From: Camelus dromedarius
Lineage: Eukaryota
Reading direction: 5' to 3'
Assembly (NCBI RefSeq): GCF_036321535.1
Contig: NC_087437.1
Coordinates: forward strand, 41,914,001 to 41,978,000
DNA length: 64,000 bases
Part shown: piece by piece, positions 62,566 through 64,000 of the stretch
Position numbering within the stretch: position 1 is the stretch's first letter
Layout of the letters: each line of letters starts with the position of its first letter
The notes under the pieces: generated by a model
Databases searched by the model: none
Told to the model about the DNA's origin: nothing
What the model saw: the letters and a program-made list of their open reading frames with translations, nothing else
Translations under genes and position numbers: made by a program

Positions 62566-63124
62566 TCCCTTCTAAGTACCATCATCATCCTCGTCATCCT
62601 CATCCAGCCGTGTAATATACACAGGTTTGCTGATTATGTTTTATAGAGAGATGTCATGATCAGTTGTGGGCAATAACTTGATTATCTAACTGGTGGAAAT
62701 CAGTTGAAGTTCTAGCCCCCATTTCATTGCCTACTTATAATAGGCTTGCTTTCATGAGGTTGATGGTGATAGCAGCAGTTCAGACATTTCAGATGAAGGT
62801 TTATGGGGATGTATACATATATCATTCAGATACAAGATTGTGGATAAAACAAAGGTTCCACGGCGTCATGCGTTTAAAGTAAGTTTTGTTGTAGCTGAAG
62901 CTTCACTTGTTGCTTTTCTTTTGGATAATAGCAGTTAACTCTCACAGCATGTCCGAGAGGCCATATTCAGACAGGCCTGCAAAACAGTTCCTATGGGTAC
63001 ACCTTCCCGCCTTTAGGTCTTGCCACTTACATTTTAAATAAATTCCATACTTCTTTTAATCTTTAATGTGTCCTGCTGTTCGACAGTACTGAAGGGGCAG
63101 TAAGGCCTATTGGTAAGATCATTA

Positions 63125-63335
63125 TGGGTTTTGGACTGGGATTGCCTGGCTTAGAAATCCCCTGCATGCTAGTTGTGTATCATAAAATCAGCTACTTCTC
63201 TACACCTCAGTTTCCTCATCTATAGAATTGGAATAATAATAATATGTCTTAAGGGATTGCTATGGGGATTAAATGACATACTGTAGAAAGCACTCAAAAC
63301 AGTTTCTGAGTCAGTGTAAGGGCCCAGTAAATAGG
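63125..63335 (+). mobile_element. MIR remnant
   Basis: cctcagtttcctcatctatagaattggaataataata...gggattaaatga is the MIR core. Confidence 0.75.
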
Positions 63336-64000
63336 ACTGTTAGGCCTCCAGTCTTCATTACAGCTAGACATTGAATCACTTATTATTTTTGTTACCTGTC
63401 ATTTTAAAGCATTTTGGGAAAGCCTATGTGAACTTGAGGTATTGGTTAGGAGTTTTTAGATGTCTTCACATTTTAGTCATAATGCTTCAAAATAATACAT
63501 TTAAAAATTATGCAGTGGGAGTTTAGCTTCTGTGCCCTTTTGTCTTGCAGGCTTGTTTGACAATGATTAAAATGTCATTTCTGAGGGTACTATTGCTTGG
63601 AGTTCCTTAAATATCAGAGACCTTTGTATGCTAGATAATTCCGAAGCGCTGACTGTCATACTACCTCAGTTGTCTGCCACATTTTATTTCATAGTTTGTA
63701 GTCTTTTAGTTCTTGCTTTATTATTCTTCATGTATTTTTTACCTTTGTTTTTACATTTAAATTTTGAAGTGGAAAATTTCATGGTAGAAGTGTCTTTAAA
63801 GAAAACTGTAAGGGGTTCTTCAAGGGTAGGGGTCAAATCTTAGTGATCCTTGTATCTTGGTCCCGATCCAGCACCTCTTAGGTGTTCAGAAAAATGGAAA
63901 GTCATTTCCTACTGTACTGCTAAAAAAATCCATTTCAAAATGTTGGGAAAAGTCTCTTGTTAATTCACAGAGGTTCTTTTGTCTTATTGTTATTATACTT

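Larger units (their letters stand above)
55563..64000 (+). other. FNDC3B: Start of the next FNDC3B intron (phase 1), continuing beyond the window
   Basis: GTAAGG donor at 55563. No further FNDC3B coding sequence recognised. Confidence 0.8.

Noticed and set aside
655..63313. About nine TGA(C/G)TCA AP-1 motifs across the window
   Set aside because: Roughly eight are expected by chance in 64 kb at uniform base composition, so there is no enrichment.
1..64000. CRISPR arrays, operons, rRNA, intact transposase or reverse transcriptase genes
   Set aside because: None seen. The window is mammalian intronic DNA containing only non-coding element remnants.

Overview
Mammalian genomic DNA, probably camelid judging by its tRNA-derived SINEs. 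The whole window lies inside the 5' part of FNDC3B on the + strand. Two exons are recognisable: the start-codon exon (33379-33517, CDS from 33407) and the next coding exon (55487-55562). Spliced, they encode MYVTMMMTDQIPLELPPLLNGEVAMMPHLVNGDAAQQ-VILVQVNPGETFTIRAEDGTLQCIQG. The rest is intron, containing lineage-specific SINEs, a solo LTR nested in a SINE, L1/L2/MIR remnants, Tigger and hAT fossils, a probable 3'UTR retrocopy and microsatellites. Almost all ORFs in the supplied track are chance ORFs. I see no convincing new multi-gene system. The most interesting signals are at the transcript level: an overlapping upstream ORF crossing the exon junction, a possible 215-nt circRNA with its own peptide C-terminus, an in-frame alternative donor and a candidate 36-nt in-frame cassette exon. 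Repeat family names come from recalled consensus sequences, not from a search.
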